From the NCBI RefSeq assembly GCF_009914755.1, contig NC_060946.1: DNA of 64,000 nucleotides. One strand, written 5' to 3'. The stretch comes from the human T2T-CHM13v2.0 reference genome, Homo sapiens. The notes below the pieces were generated by a model. The model was given only the letters and a program-made list of their open reading frames with translations. It searched no databases and had not been told where the DNA came from. The position numbers and the translations under genes are program-made. This document shows, piece after piece, positions 35,480-50,372 of this stretch (within the stretch, counting starts at the first letter, position 1; each line of letters begins with the position of its first letter).

Positions 35480-38400
35480 GTTACACATCTGTTCACTTGT
35501 CATGAGACTGTTTTCCTTTAACCCCATGAACATACTTACCATAGCTTCTTTCAAATCTTACCTACCGATTACAGCATCTTGCACATCTTGAGAATAGGTT
35601 CTATTGTCTGCTTTTTATCTTGTGAATCGATTACATTTTCATCCTTCTTCAAGCATCTCATAAATTTTTAAATTGTGTGATAGGAATTACAGGGACTCTG
35701 GCTTCTGTTGTATTTCTTTGAAAATTATTATTTTATGAGGGAGTTAATTTGAATAGATGCAAACCCCAATCCTTATCTCTTCTACAGTGGCAATACTAAA
35801 ATCTTCATTCAGTTCTTCTAAACAGTGTGCGTTTCTATATAGCAAAATATAGTATTTTATTAAACTTTATTATAGTATATGTGAAACAGTTATTGAACAA
35901 TCTACTCTACTTCATTATTACTGGAAGCCAGAACCTCAGTTGTGTTCACTTTCTGGATTTTATATAAGTGAAATTGTACAACATGTATACTTTTACATCT
36001 ACTTTCTTCTATGCAACTTTATATTTATGATATTAATTCATCCTATTGCAGATAGCTATAGTTTGTTTATTTAAAAAATATTTTTTATATTGTGGCAAAG
36101 TATACATAAAATTAACCATTTTAGCTATTTTAAGTGTGCAGCTCAGAAAAATTAACTACACTCACATTGTTTTGCAACTATTATTCTCATTCATAGGGAC
36201 CTTCTTTCAACTTCCAAAACCAAAATTTAATGCACATTAAATAACAGCTCCCTGTTACTCCCCCTCCAGCTCCTAGGAACCACTCTTCTACTTGGATTTC
36301 TAGAATTTAACTACTCTAAGTATCTCATAAGTGGAATGATACAGTATTTGTCCTTTTATGACTGGCTTATGTCACTTTGCACAATGTCCTTAAGGTTCAT
36401 GCATAACGTACCATGTGTCAGAATTTTCTTATTTTACATAACTGAATAACGTTCCAATATATGTATAAATCACATTTTATTTATTTATTCATTGATGATA
36501 ATTCAAACAACACGGGTAATTCACAAACCTTTTGGGTGATGTGAGTAATGCTGCCATGAGCCTAGGTGTACGTGTATTATTTTGTGTCTTTGCTTTCACA
36601 TCTTTTGCTACATACCCAGATGTGAAATTGTGGGATCATATGGTGACTTTTGGTGTACATTTTTTAGTTATTATACTGTTATTTTATAGCAGCTGCAACA
36701 TTTTACATTTCCAACAACAGTGTACAAGGGTTCTAATTGCTCCACGTCCTCACCAACACTTGTGATTTTCTGTTTTGTTTTGTTTCTTTTGGTAGTAACT
36801 ATGCTGACGTGTATTAAGTGATATATCATTTGGAGTTATATTTGCATTTTACTAATGATTAGTTTTGTTGAGCACCTTTTCATGGACTTATTAGCCATTT
36901 CACATAATTTTTAAAGAAATGTCTAAGTATTTTGCCCATATTTTAAACAAGTATTTTGTTTTATTATTGCTGAATTGTTCTTTGTATATTCTGGATAGAG
37001 TCCTCTTTATTTTTCTTTTGTTTCTTGCATTTTTTGTGTCCTGTTAAAAAAAATCACTGCGAAATCCAGCGTTATGACATGTTTTACCTACATTTTATAC
37101 TAAGAATTTTGTAGTTTTAGCTCTTACATTTAGGTTTTTGTCGAGTTAGTTAATTTTTTCTTATGGTATAAGTTAAGGGAACAGTTTCACTCTTTTACAT
37201 GTAGGTACCCAATTTCCCCAGCACTAACTGTTGTAAAGGCAGTTCATTTCCCATAAAAATCATTTGACCATATATATGAGGGTTTATTTATATTGGCTTT
37301 CTATATTACTCCATTAGTCTATTTGTAGCATGCTATTTTGGAATTTTGTAGTAAGTTTTGAAATCATTAAGTGTGACTTCTCTAACTTTGGTATTTTTTT
37401 TTCAAAATTATTTTTGCAATTTAGGGTCCCTTGAGATTCCTCATAAACTTAAAAATTGATTTTTTAATATCTACACAAAATAATTGGCATTTTGCTTCTT
37501 GGTTACTTCCTAATTTTATTCTTTTGATGCTATTGTAAATTGAGTTGTTTTCATAATTTTCTTCTCAGATCATTCGTATTACTACATAAAATACAGTTTA
37601 TTTTTCTATGTTGATTTTGTATGCTACTACTCTGCTGAATTTATTAATTTTAATATTTTTTGTGTGGAATCTTTAAGATTTTCTACATAAAAGAATATAT
37701 TTTCTGTACACACTTTGATGAAGTTTATTTCATTGTCTTTTTTAATTTCTCTGAATGAAACTTCTAATACAGTGTTGAATAAAAGTGGCTGGCAAGAGCA
37801 GACATTCTGTCTTCTGAGCTTAGACGAAATAATTTTGGTCTTTTCCTCTAGAACATGTAGTTTGCTGTGGGTTTTTATACGTGAATTTTACAAAGATGGT
37901 TTTCTTTTATTCGTAATTTATTGTTTTTATTATAAAATATTTTGAATTTTGTAAAATACATTTTCTGTATTAATGAGATAATGTTTTCTAAAAATTTTGT
38001 TAATGTGTCATATGCATTGATTATTTTTCATATGCTAAAACTTTTGTTAAGAAAGGCTAGCTAAGTGAACCAGTGAGACTGGAAAAAGAATAAAGAAATC
38101 TATTCTGGTTGTGATCAATTAGTTGTAAACACCATTGCACTGAAACCAGCCATACGCTAAATCTTCCTTACATTCCAGTAATAAATTCCCCTTGGTCATG
38201 GGGTGTAATCTTGCTAGTATGCTGCTGAATGTGGTTAGCTAGGATGTTGCTGAGTAGTTTTGCATCCGTGTTCATAAGGGATATTAGTCTATGGGTTTTT
38301 GTAGTCTCTTTGTCTGGCTTTGGTATGAGCTAATGCTGGCATCATGGAATAAGTTTGGAACTGCTCTCTTCAGGCTTTTGGTAGATTTTGGAAAGGATTT

Positions 38401-39610
38401 TTGTTCTATAAATGCTTGATCTACATCACCAGTGAAGCCAACAAAACAAGGGCTTTTCTTCATGAGAGGTTTTTAATTACTGATTCCATTTCCTTAGTAG
38501 TTTTCTATCTATTCAGATTTTGTATTTCTTTGTAATCAAGTCTTGCATAAGTAGGAATCTGCCCACTTTATCTAGGTTTTCCAATTTATCATCCTATCAT
38601 AGTTCACAGTACACTTTTTTAAACATTTTATTTCTTTGAATTAGTAGTAATGTCCCACTTTCATTACTCATTTTAGTATGTGAATATGCTGTTAATTTTT
38701 CGTGTGTGTAGCTGAAGTTTTGCCAATTGTTAATTTTTTGAAGAACTGAGAGTGAACTTTTGGTTTTTTGGAATTCTGTTGTTTGTGTAATCTCTATTGC
38801 ATTTATCTCTGCTAAAATCTTCAATACTTTCTTCTTTCTCTTTGCTTTGCATCTAATTTGGTGTTATTTTTCTAATTTACTAGGTGATAAAGTTATTATT
38901 TATTTGAAATCTTTGCTCTTTTTAAATGTATCTTAGCTGCAAACTTTTCATCTTAACACTGTTTTTGCTGTTTCCCATAACTTTTGATATGTTTTGTTTT
39001 CATTTTTCTTCCTCTGTATGTTCCTACTTCTTCCGTGATTTCTTCCTTTACTTAATTTATACAATTTTGTAATTCCTTAAGTTGTAATTGTGTAGTTGTT
39101 TAATTTATACAATTTTGTAAACTTTCTAGCATTTCATCTGTTATTGATTTAATTTGAGATCTACTATACAGCCCATCCTGGAGAATTCCCCATGTGCATT
39201 TGAGAAGAGTGTGTACTCTGTTTTGTTGGATGGAGTATATTGTATATATCTGTTAGATCAATTTAGTTCATTGAGTTAGTCAAGTCCTCTATTTCCTAAT
39301 TTGTCATTCATCTCATTTTTCTATTCATTACTCAGAGTGGAGTATTAACATCTTCAACTATTATTTTAGAACTGTCTATTTGTCCCTTTAATTCTGTCAA
39401 CTTAGTCTTTCTATATCTAAATGTTTTATTATTAGGTATGTAAGTGTTTAAACTATTTCTATCTTCTTGCCAAATGCACGTTCTATGATTATATAATGTC
39501 TTATTGTCTCTTGTAACTTTTTAAGTCTATTTTGTCTGCTATTAATATAGTCATCCCCAGTCTCTTTTTCCTACTATTGGTATAAAATAATTATTTTCTT
39601 CCCTTTTTTA
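35480..39610 (-). mobile_element. Patchwork of old L1 (L1M) fragments
   Basis: Antisense L1 3'UTR and ORF2 tracts (tccacgtcctcaccaacacttg; ttttgcatccgtgttcataagggatattagtct; ORF 38597-38824 KILAEINAIE..FQKTKS). Confidence 0.75.
38052..38151 (-). pseudogene. RNY3: Full-length Y3 RNA retropseudogene
   Basis: The minus strand reads ggctggtttcagtgcaatggtgtttacaactaattgatcacaaccag...cacttagctagccttt, matching recalled hY3. An imperfect 15-bp TSD catatgctaaaactt/catacgctaaatctt lies at 38029-38043 and 38151-38165. Confidence 0.92.
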
Positions 39611-42600
39611 TAACCCTGAATTGCTGTGGAAAGCTAACAGTAGCATTACTTAATTTAAAAAGCACAGAAATCTTAAATCAATAGCTTAATGTTTGTAAAA
39701 GCATTTAAATGGAAATAAGCTACCAGTTCACCAGGAACAAAGGATATCAGTTGGGTCTAAGAATAATCATGCCAAAAAGCTCTAGGAGGAAAAGCTCCTG
39801 GGAATTAGGACTGTGATAATGGTCTTTGAGATCAACAAAGAAATGGGGAAATGGGGATGCTCAGGGTCAGGTACATGCTTAGCAAAAGACCCAGAAAACC
39901 CTAAGCTGTCACCTGTGTACTTTAAACTCTGCACAAGTAGAAAATAGAGGCACAAGGAGAGTTGTAACTTTATGCTGATTAGTAAAGGCATGCTCCAACA
40001 CACATACATAGATCCCAGGTGAAAAAAAATCAGATATTTATTTTTAGTGAAGGTTAAAAAATCTGGAGTCTTACTTTCCAATTAAGGATTAGTGAAAATA
40101 TTTGGGGAGATTTGCATTGATCAGTTCATCCTGAGGTCAAGAAAATCTTGATTTTAAAATTTGGAGCCTCCAGTAAAGGATTAGCTTCCACCTAGAGGTG
40201 TTCTTTGGCCTTTTGGACTCAGAGCTATCTTGACACTACTACTGGTTACACTGATTTGAAAGTCAGCTAAGAGCTTGCTACAGAACTCCTGACAAACTAA
40301 GTTTGACCTATAGAGGGCTAGGGCATCCCCAGCTGGTTGAAATTTTGTGCCTCCTTCTATCCTCTGAAGCAAAGCTGCTGTCTCTGTGGGGCCCCCAATT
40401 TACTGAGTGTTTCCTATATGACTGGTCCTGGTTCATAGATGAGTCAGGGAAGGTGAAACCTCATGATGTCCACTGGGCCGCTGTGGCTGTTTAACCTGTG
40501 CCAGCCATACAGAACCTGACATGAGTGGTTGCTCCTCTCAAAGGTCAGAACTCAGGGTTTGGGATAATGGCACATATTCTATCTGTTTGGTTATCTACAA
40601 TGGAAAGTGTAGACTGTCTGAATATCGTTTGGGCTGCAAACCGGAAACAACCCCAGATGCTGATCTAACTGGGTCACTCATCTAGAAGTCCATGGTAAGT
40701 GTTTTCCAGAGAGTGACCACAATCAAGCTGCAGATTGAACCTAAATCTGTGTCCAACCCAGAGTCTAATACTGCAAACCAGACTTGGGGTTGCTGGTGAA
40801 AGTTGACCTATCTGTCTCATGGTTGAAGAATTCCTAGACCATACCTAGCAGAGTAACCAGAAGTGGACTTTTAGCCCACTTCTTGAGATATCAGTCACCA
40901 CTGTTGACTTCTTCAGCATAACAGTCATCTGACTCCAGCCATACCATGTGTCCCTTGAAGCTAATCTGTGCCACCTTTTAGGCTTTTGAGGCCAATTGAG
41001 CTCTGACTTCGTGGCATTTTTCACCACACCGACTAAAATGGGCCAACTCTACGATGTTCCCTCCTTTTCCACACATGTTGGTTAGATAATTCGTTGATTA
41101 GGTATGCTTTTCTCTGAAAGGGGATTATCTCTTCCAGATTGCCTCCAAGATAAGGATGAAATGTTTGGGGGATCTAGGAATCTATTTCACAAATTTGGAA
41201 TTTCGTGCTAATAATTCCTGGGTGAAATGTCTTTCTTTCCCATACCTGCAATTCTAGACCAGCCTGGCTTTTGTATCCTCTGAGTTGCATCCCAGCCTAG
41301 CAGCAGTTATGGGACTCCAACTTAGTTCTGGTTAAGTTTTATGTAAATATTCTTGTATCTGTTTTACCTGGCTCTACTACACAAAATGTCTAGAAAAAAG
41401 TAAAGGGCGACTAGAATAAAGGTGAGATTATAGATATCGGAATGAGACACACTGATTCTGTGGAGATAGAGGGAGAACAACAACCTGGAACGTGGGAAAT
41501 GAACAACTTAGACCTCGGAAGCTACGGGGAATGGTGGGACATTAACAACTTTTTTTCTTTCTGAATAACCCCTGGTGCAGCCCACAAAAGAGTCTGGAAA
41601 TACTATTAGAACAGACGGTAAGACAGAGTCTGTGGATTCAGCTCCTTTTGGTCTCCACGTTACTCTTAAGAATCCTTTGAGACTATTCTATCTCTCTGTG
41701 ATGTAGGCATGGAACTCTAGTGGGCAGTGTGCACTCTCGGTGCCCATGGTTCAACGCCACAGTTTTTCAGATGATGGACAACCATTGCTTTTTCCTGAAG
41801 AGACTTAGTACCCTGTGGCTGAGCTTAAGCGGGACTCTAGGAATTACTGATTGCATTTTCTTCTTCTTCTGTGAACTGCGATTTCTCCTTCTGTTTTTCT
41901 ACTACCTAGAGATTAATCTGTATTTGTCAATATTTAGGTAAATCAGAGACATAAAGCAGATAAGGAACCCTAGACACAGCTTCTAGCATAGCTGGACTCT
42001 TGCCTGTTTCTCTTCCCACTTTATGAGATCAATTATATTGGCACAGAGAGATAGCCTTAGATGGGTCTCTCAGGATCAATTAGAGAAGCATACTTCTAGA
42101 GAAGCTGGTAGAACAGGGCAGGAGGGCCAGTGAGGATCAAAGCTTCTATCCAAATGTTTTAGCCTAGCTGTGTGTGGCAGACGAATCCAGGAAAGCTCCC
42201 AGATCCCTGGAAGGGATTATTAAGAGAGGATCCATTAGATTAGAATGCTAGGTTGGGTGTTCATCTATCACCTTCTGAGTCAGATTTCCAGGGTTAAGTC
42301 TGTGGTAGGGCTGCAGAGAAATGCTCGCCTGGGAAAGCCTCTGATCAAGTGCAACATAGGTGACTCCCGCACAGGGAGAAGTCCTCTATTTGAGGAACAT
42401 CATATGTGTTTGGATGTATCTGTGCTCTTCCTCAGCAGAGGACCATTGACTGAATGACTGTTTGACAATTACGCATAAAGAGCCCTATATTATTTTGAAT
42501 TTAGTAAATATTGGAACAGAAACAAACAATATTATCTACTTTCAAATTGAATAACAGCATGAGCAACTTCCAGGTAAATGTCACAGGAGGAAACTCTGGG

Positions 42601-42827
42601 GCCTTGCTCATCACCAGAAACCTTGAAAATCCTGATGCAACCTGTAGGGTTAACCTTATCAACACTTAGTTTTTTACCATATAGATTTATCTTCATAAAA
42701 AATATTTTCTTTGGACCTTTATTTTGTTATATGCCATGAAGAATAAATCATTTATTTCCTTTGCGATAAGAACATCACATTTTTACACCTCAAGTATTAA
42801 TGATGCCATCCCCCATGTAGTTTTTGT

Positions 42828-43154
42828 TGCGATGGCCTGAATGTTTATGTCCCTTTGCAAATTCCTATGTGGATAATTTTAGGCGTGTGGCCTTTGGGGA
42901 AGTGGTGAGGCCAAGAGTTCTTCATCTTCATGAATGGAATCAGTGCTCTTTCAAGGGAAGTTGAAGGCAATGCCCTTGTCCCGTGTGCAAGATGGTACCA
43001 TCTATGGGGAACAGGGCTCTCAACATATACTAAATTTTCTGCTGCCTTGATCTTGCACTTTCCAGACTCCATAACTGTGAAAAATACATTTCTGTTGTTT
43101 ATCCTTTACCCAGTCTGAGGTATTTTGTTATAGCAGCCTGGATGCACTATGACA
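42828..43154 (+). mobile_element. MaLR LTR (MLT1A/MST-like)
   Basis: tgcgatggcctgaatgtttatgtccc start and ...gtattttgttatagcagcc...ctatgaca end. Confidence 0.8.
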
Positions 43155-46100
43155 CTTTCTTAGGCACTTTGGTCTATTTCTGAATTTTTAGTTTCAGTGA
43201 CATATGAGTTTTTAATCAATCAAGATTTTTCACAGAGCTTGCCAGTCTTGTTTTTTGCTTTTTTTTCAGAGTTTTCTTGTCTATTCTTATGTGTGTTTTC
43301 ATCTATATAATATTTTATAGTAACGTGTACTTCCAATATTTAATGGTATCTGTATAGGAACAAAATTGAATTTATAAATAAACTTAAGGACAATTGATGT
43401 TGATAATATTGAGATTTGCTGCCTAAGAATATGATACAAATTGTCTATTTGCTTATGTCTACATTCATATATTTCATAAACTTTCTATGTTTTTCTCATA
43501 TTCTGTACACATTTTTGTAATGTTTATTCCTAGTTTATTTTATTCTGCTAAAAAGTAATTTGAGACACAATGAAATTGCCAAGTGTCTATTTGAGTAAGA
43601 GCAATTGATAAATTATAAAATATCAGACCAAAAGTTATTTAGTGCTTCTCTGACAGAGTAAGAAGCAAGTATTTATTGAAAAAATGTAGAAACAAAAAAA
43701 TCATTTGATTGGTGGTAGCACAACTTTTTTATTGTTTTTTGTTCGTCTGTTTATCTTGTTGGACAGTTTCTATTTATATAAGGATGTTGGCTACTCCTGA
43801 TTGGTTGAGCTTCATTTCTCTTTTTTAAATAGGCAGCTACAAGAAATATTTAAGTTTTGCTTGTATTTGCAAATCAAGCAAGGTTGAGATCACTTATGAG
43901 ACCTAACTAATTTCGTCTGCTCAGAGATTATTGAGACGTGATCTCCATTTTAATTTATTTTAACAAATTTTCTGTACTTTTAATTCTCATCCAAACTGTA
44001 ACTTATAAATTATTATTGTTGTACATATATAGGCCCATGTTGTGTATGCTTTGAAGACATGTCCTTCTTTCAAACTCATTTGTATTATGTTATTATTGAA
44101 TTTGCCCCATTTATTGGAATTATATAATGCAATCTCCCAACTACAAGAGGTATGAGTTCTGAGGAGATCACAGTAAAGATGAGTCAGAAGTGAAAACGGT
44201 TCTCCAACTCACACATGCAGTAAAAACAAATTTCACGTGGATATAATGAGTAATTATTTAAAATTTAAAATACCCTGAAAACATTAACGTTTATCTCATT
44301 ACTATGTAATATGGAAATTACAAGACAAAAAAACCCAAAGACTTATTTTTAAAATAGAAATGGAGCTTTTTATATGATGAAATGGTCCATAATTTAAATG
44401 TAAAAAGTGAATAGGAAATACATGAAATAAAATAAAATTATTTGTAAAAGTGACAATGCCCGTATTAGATTTAACAATATCTTACAATGAAATAAGTTGA
44501 AACCTACAAAATAGAAGAAAGTTTAAAATTAGGCAAATATTATGAGCCAGGTGAAGAATAAATACATATATCAATAAGCATTTAATGTATTTTGTCTTAG
44601 ATTTTATATGAAATAATAAAAAGTAAGCAAACCAATAGCAAGGTAATTTCACCCTGATTGATTCAAACTGAAAAAATATTAACATTTCTCCATTGGAAGT
44701 TGGATTCATGGATTGGCCTCATGCTGCATTCAAGGCACTTTAGCCAGGACCCAACACTCATTGCCAAGAGTCATCAGGCTAGAAGTTTGCTTTTAAGATG
44801 TTCCCCGGCCTGCGACCAAGACACTTTGTCTTGACTACTTCTTCAACTCTGACATAGGTTTTGCTGATATAAATGAAAACCCAGCTCTATACCTACCAAG
44901 CATCTACATGGCTAGAGCTGCACATTGAATATTTAGGCACTAGGCAAGAGGTCTTCCCAGGTTTCCAAGCAGACTTTCTAGAATTTCCCAAAAATACTGA
45001 CATTGTCTTTTTCAGACCCAATCTCCCAAAGAGAATCAGAGAGATGGTCTGGAAGCCATTTAGAATCTCCAGCCTCCAATTTAGTAACAATGGACTTGGA
45101 TACAAAGAGGCAACCTACTGACCTCAAAGACACCAGCCCAGATTCTGGGCATTGAATTCCTGCCTCCCCATGAAAGATCTCATCTGAGTCACATCAAAGC
45201 CCACACTCTTCTTCAACGTTCACCTTCCAGACACGCTCCAAAACAGCCCCTCAGAATTGTCTTGAGATGAAACAAAAGGTGATGAAGCTCCAGGTTTGGA
45301 ATGCCTGCCTCATTCCTCACTCCTGAAAAGTCTACACCTGCTGGTTAGAACTCTCATACCTTAGGGAGCCCGGGCTCTCAGAGTGCATCCTCTAACAGGA
45401 CCTCCTGGCCTTTTCCTCCTTGGAGGAGAGTGCCCAAGAATAAGAGGGAATACATGGCCTCCACTCTCACTTGACTTGATTGACTGATTAACTGATGTCT
45501 GAGGAGGAAACATATGTAGGGAACAGCCTGGGTCTTTTGAATCCCTGTTCCCCAGCTATGATGCCTGTGCAAATGGAGGGAGAATCCCAAAGTATTGTTG
45601 GGAGGTAGACAGACACTGGCTAACACAATTAAGTAAATATAAGGTGACTTGAAGGGAAATTTATCATATGTCATATACAAAATTTTAGTTAGTGAACTTT
45701 ATTTAAAAACAGTCACAATTTGTAAGGGGAGTAAAGTATAATTTTAATGGGGAACTATGAAAATTATCTGCACTTGCTATGTAAATGATTGAGTTAGGGG
45801 TAACAATCTGAAGGTCATGAGCTTGATATCTGCTACTTAATTTCATAAGACATTTACTTGCAAATGGTTGTCATTTTTGCTCTCACCATATGAAAATTTT
45901 TTCTTGCTAAGAGCATTCCTATGAAAGAAAAACTAGAAATTTTGCCAATTTCGGTTATTAAAACAATAAAACTGGTTTGTTTGTTATTCTTAACCAAATG
46001 CTCCTACAGATGGCACATAGTACCCATGCTTTGATTGTTTTTTTCCCACCTTAAGTCAATTGCCTTTCATTTTATTCATCAAACTGTTTTTACTGTAGAT

Positions 46101-46160
46101 AGACATTGCAGTTGTCATGTGCCCTATGGATTTGTACTTTATTAGAAATATGAATTCTCA

Positions 46161-46283
46161 GGCCGAGTATATTGGCTCACGCCTGTAATCCCAGCACTTT
46201 GCGAGGTGGAAGAGAGTGGATCACCTGAGGTCAGGAGTTCAAGAACAGCCTGACCAACATGGTAAAACCCCATCTCTCTACTA
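46161..46283 (+). mobile_element. Alu left arm (3'-truncated)
   Basis: ggctcacgcctgtaatcccagcacttt...cacctgaggtcaggagttcaag...ctctacta. Confidence 0.88.
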
Positions 46284-47150
46284 TTTACAGTTCGCATTGT
46301 ACCTTGCAATGAATATACATTTTATCCAAAAAGCCTAAAAAATAATGAAATTGGGGGTGGGGGCATGGCTGGAAGTATAGATAAAACAAAAATGACACAT
46401 GACTAGCAGCTGTTAAAGCTGGGTGACTGGTCTGTTATACTTTTTTTGTATTGTGTATGTTTTTAGTGATCTGTAATAAAACACTTGTACAAAATGACAA
46501 AGTTTATCTACACTTAGCTCTTAAGGTCTTGGTTACCTTTGGGAAGGGGAAAGTGTCAGGGGCATGAACAAATCTGATTCTTAGATACACAAGTGTATTT
46601 ATTTAGTAATAATTCATCAAACATTCCCTAAATGCTTTGTGCCTATATTGCTGTATGCATGTTATTTATCAATAAAAATGTAAAGAGTGCATGTTTGCAT
46701 AACAATCCTAAATTAATATTTTAGAATAATAGCAATGTTTTGTTTTGTTTTCAAGTGGGGCGTGTTCACTCAGGACATCATCAGGTGTATGTTAATGTTC
46801 CAAGTTATTTATTTATGTTTTAACTTTTGGGTGAGCCCCCCTGGGTCTTTTAATTTTTACTTCAACACAGTAAGTAGCATGGTTTTAACTTTTTGGAATG
46901 CAGCTTTGTTTTCATCAAGGTTCTCCCCGAAGAATGATGCTCACCCAGGCCAGGGCACACAGTGACCCGTGCACAGGATGCACTGAGCACACACGGCACT
47001 GGGTGAACCAGGAACAGAAGGAGAAGCCAGCCTGGGTCTGCAAAATATACTTTGCAGGAAAAGCAGGTAAAATGGAAAGGTCACAATTCAGCAGCAAACG
47101 TTTTCACATTCATTGGAGAAATCATTTCTAACAAAAGCTGCTCGTTAAAG

Positions 47151-47328
47151 CCATGGTTTTCTGGCTTGCCTACACATTGTAATCACCTGCACGACTTTCA
47201 ACCATATTTTTTTCAGATCCAGCTCCAAGGATTCTGATTTAGTTGTGCGGTTACAACTTGGGTTTAAGGGATTTTGAAAGTTTTCCTCCCCGCAGGTGAT
47301 TCTCTTGCGCCAGGGGTAAGAAGCGCTG
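47151..47328. mobile_element. MER5A-like hAT DNA transposon fossil
   Basis: cacattgtaatcacctg...gattctgatttag...caggtgattct...aagaagcgctg resembles the MER5A consensus. Confidence 0.65.
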
Positions 47329-47516
47329 GATAGGGGTGAGGGATGCTTTAGCTGTGAGAGATAGCCATGTACGCTTCAGGATTTGCCCCATCGCATATCT
47401 GGAGTTCGGGGTCTTAGAAAGCTTTCTTGCCCTGTTAAAAATTAAAGGATGGCTTCAATACATACTTAGCTGCTTGGCTACATTGCAGAAAAACAAATTG
47501 CCTTTCCAGAGATCAG

Positions 47517-47675
47517 TTTTTTGAGACAGGGTTTTGCTCTGTCAGCCAGGCTGGAGTGCAGTTGTGTGATCATGGTTCATTGCAGCCTTGACCTCCCAGG
47601 CTCAGGTGATCCTCCAGCTCCAGCCTTCTGAGTAGCTGGGACTGAAGTCATGCACCACCAGACCTGGCTAATTTT

Positions 47676-47714
<39 letters not shown>

Positions 47715-47830
47715 TAGAGATGGCTTTCTCTATGCTGCCTGGGCTGGTCTCAAACTCCTGGTCTCAAGTGATCCTCCCACCTCAGTCTCCCTAATAGTTC
47801 GACCTACAGGCACAGGGAAGCATGCCCGGT
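47517..47830 (-). mobile_element. AluJ with an expanded central A-rich linker (~33 T)
   Basis: gagacagggttttgctctgtc...cttgacctcccaggctcaggtgatcctcc (AluJ-type diagnostics). Confidence 0.9.
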
Positions 47831-50066
47831 ATATTTATTAAAATGTAGTTACCAGAATATTTAAAATTCACTTGTGCCTCTCATATTATTTCTTAGAGAA
47901 TTGCCTCCCTTTTGAAATCTCAGGCTGCCTGCTCTAAAACCTGGATGTGCCAGGAAAGTAAAACATCTGAAATTTTAAAACAATTGTCATTATATTGATT
48001 CCATATATGAATAACACATATATATTATTCATTAATACAAATAATCTTACATACAAATGTAAATGCAAATATTTTACAGGCAGGGCCAGTTTCTAGTTCA
48101 CAGAGGAAGCCCTGCCAGAAAAGGATCCAGGAAAAACCTATAATTCTTGCTTTATTCAACCCAGTGTCAAATCACATATGTCACTCATGGTCTGAGGCGG
48201 CAGGGTAGGGAATTGAACTACATCCAATCATGGGTCTTGGAGTGGAAACTATCTAATCAGGTGCACAGCTGGAGAAGAATGGGCAGCTTTTTGGAAGTAC
48301 GGAGGCCTTGGCCTGTCTCTCCACTCAGAGCTCAGGACACTAGAGCCACCTCAACATAATCACCTGTTTTTTAGTTATTTTAACACTCCAAAAGGGAACT
48401 AGTTTTCTCATGCATTTTCCAAATGTGTGGCAGGCAGAGACTCAAATCTAACTCCCTGTTGCCCCAGCCTAACTCTGGCTTGCAATCAGATTTTAAATTT
48501 CCAGTTCTTTCCTGACACTCACCAACACTAACTAACCTTCCATAATTCACAACATTATCAACTGTTCTTTATTGTACATTTCAGACACAGTATTTCAATT
48601 CTTCTTTTTGTCAAAAAGCAGTGGATGTCATTTAAAAAAATTTTTTCTCATTTGTAAACATTTTACAGGAGATGAAAGCAGAGAATAATCCCCTGACACC
48701 CCACTGTAAAAAAAAATAAATAAAAAGCGGAAAACCTTTGTGCCCCTTTGTTTAAACTTCTCTTGGCACAGACACCCCATCAGAAAGCCTTTGGGTTCAG
48801 GTTTCATTTTGGAAACTTCACAGGGCAATACATCCTCAGCCATCCTGTTATTTTCTTGGTTTTGAATTTCAAAACTGTTTGAGGATTCCCCAAGATGCCA
48901 ACAGTGGCCATGACTCTTGAAGTGTCTAGTAAATAGCATCCCTTGTGTCATCTCCTCTCAGGGAACAGCCCAAGGTATGGGAATGCAGCCTCTCTGTGGA
49001 GTGGTTGTTTGAGATGTGCCTGGAAGGAATCTCTAGGTATACCCTTGCGCTAAAAGCAAACCCATTAGGTCATTAAGATTTTCTTACCCCAAAGCTTAGT
49101 TTCCATTCCTTAGAGACACATTGCAGGCCAGGCAAATGGATGCTGATATTGAGGAAAAAATGTTCTCAGATTGGTGAAGGGAGAGAAAATATTTCAAAGG
49201 ACAAAGAAACCCAACCTAGTGAGGCAGTGCAAAAACCTGCAAAGTAAAATGCACCTCAGGGACACAGAGGAGCACAGGGTAGCGGCTCCTGGTAGGATGG
49301 TCATGACCCACTTCACTGAACCAGATGTGAGTGGGGAAAATATCCCAAGTAATAGAATGGCTTGACTTGACCCTTGGGTCTGATATGTCTGTGTTTCAAT
49401 CGGCACTGTCACCTTCTAATTTTGTCACCTTGAAAATGTTTTTGTACTTACTTTAACTTCACTTTTTAATTAACTGTAAACTATGTTTTATCAGTAGAGC
49501 TTGAAAGGCATGAAAATATTTATAAAGCACATTAAGTTGGTGAATTTTGAATAAAATTAAGTAGTAATATATTTCACTTGTTAAAAATTGTTACTTGCCT
49601 ATTTCTTTAGCAGAATGAGTGTCGTACATTTCCCAGGACTGTTTTTTATTTGTCTGAGAGGTGATTTCAAGCAGAATCTCACGGCTTACTGTTGGGAATG
49701 TTACCAGGTGTATTGATAGGGATAGTCTCTCTTCCACTACGGTGGTAGGAAATGAATACATACCTACAAGCACGTGAGGTAGATTAATTGTTAAATTACA
49801 TAAATTTATCACATCAGTTATTCTTTTTTCAAAACAGAGAACTTCTGATAGTGAGTATCTCTGTTCCATATGCTGTCATCTGGGTGTTTGAGGGTAACGC
49901 TAAGTTTTAGGAGCTGGGACTTGGCACCGCCTGGAAGTGTTCACATATGATTGTTTACTAAATGATTTGTTATGAACATAATTAAATTACATGTTTATTT
50001 TCTGAAAGGGATAGATACTTTGGCTTTTCTTGTTGAGTTATAAAATGTAAGCCCCTTATAACTTTC

Positions 50067-50372
<306 letters not shown>

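Noticed and set aside
44700-44860. Possible snoRNA or small pseudogene
   Set aside because: No convincing box C/D or H/ACA architecture and no recognisable translation.
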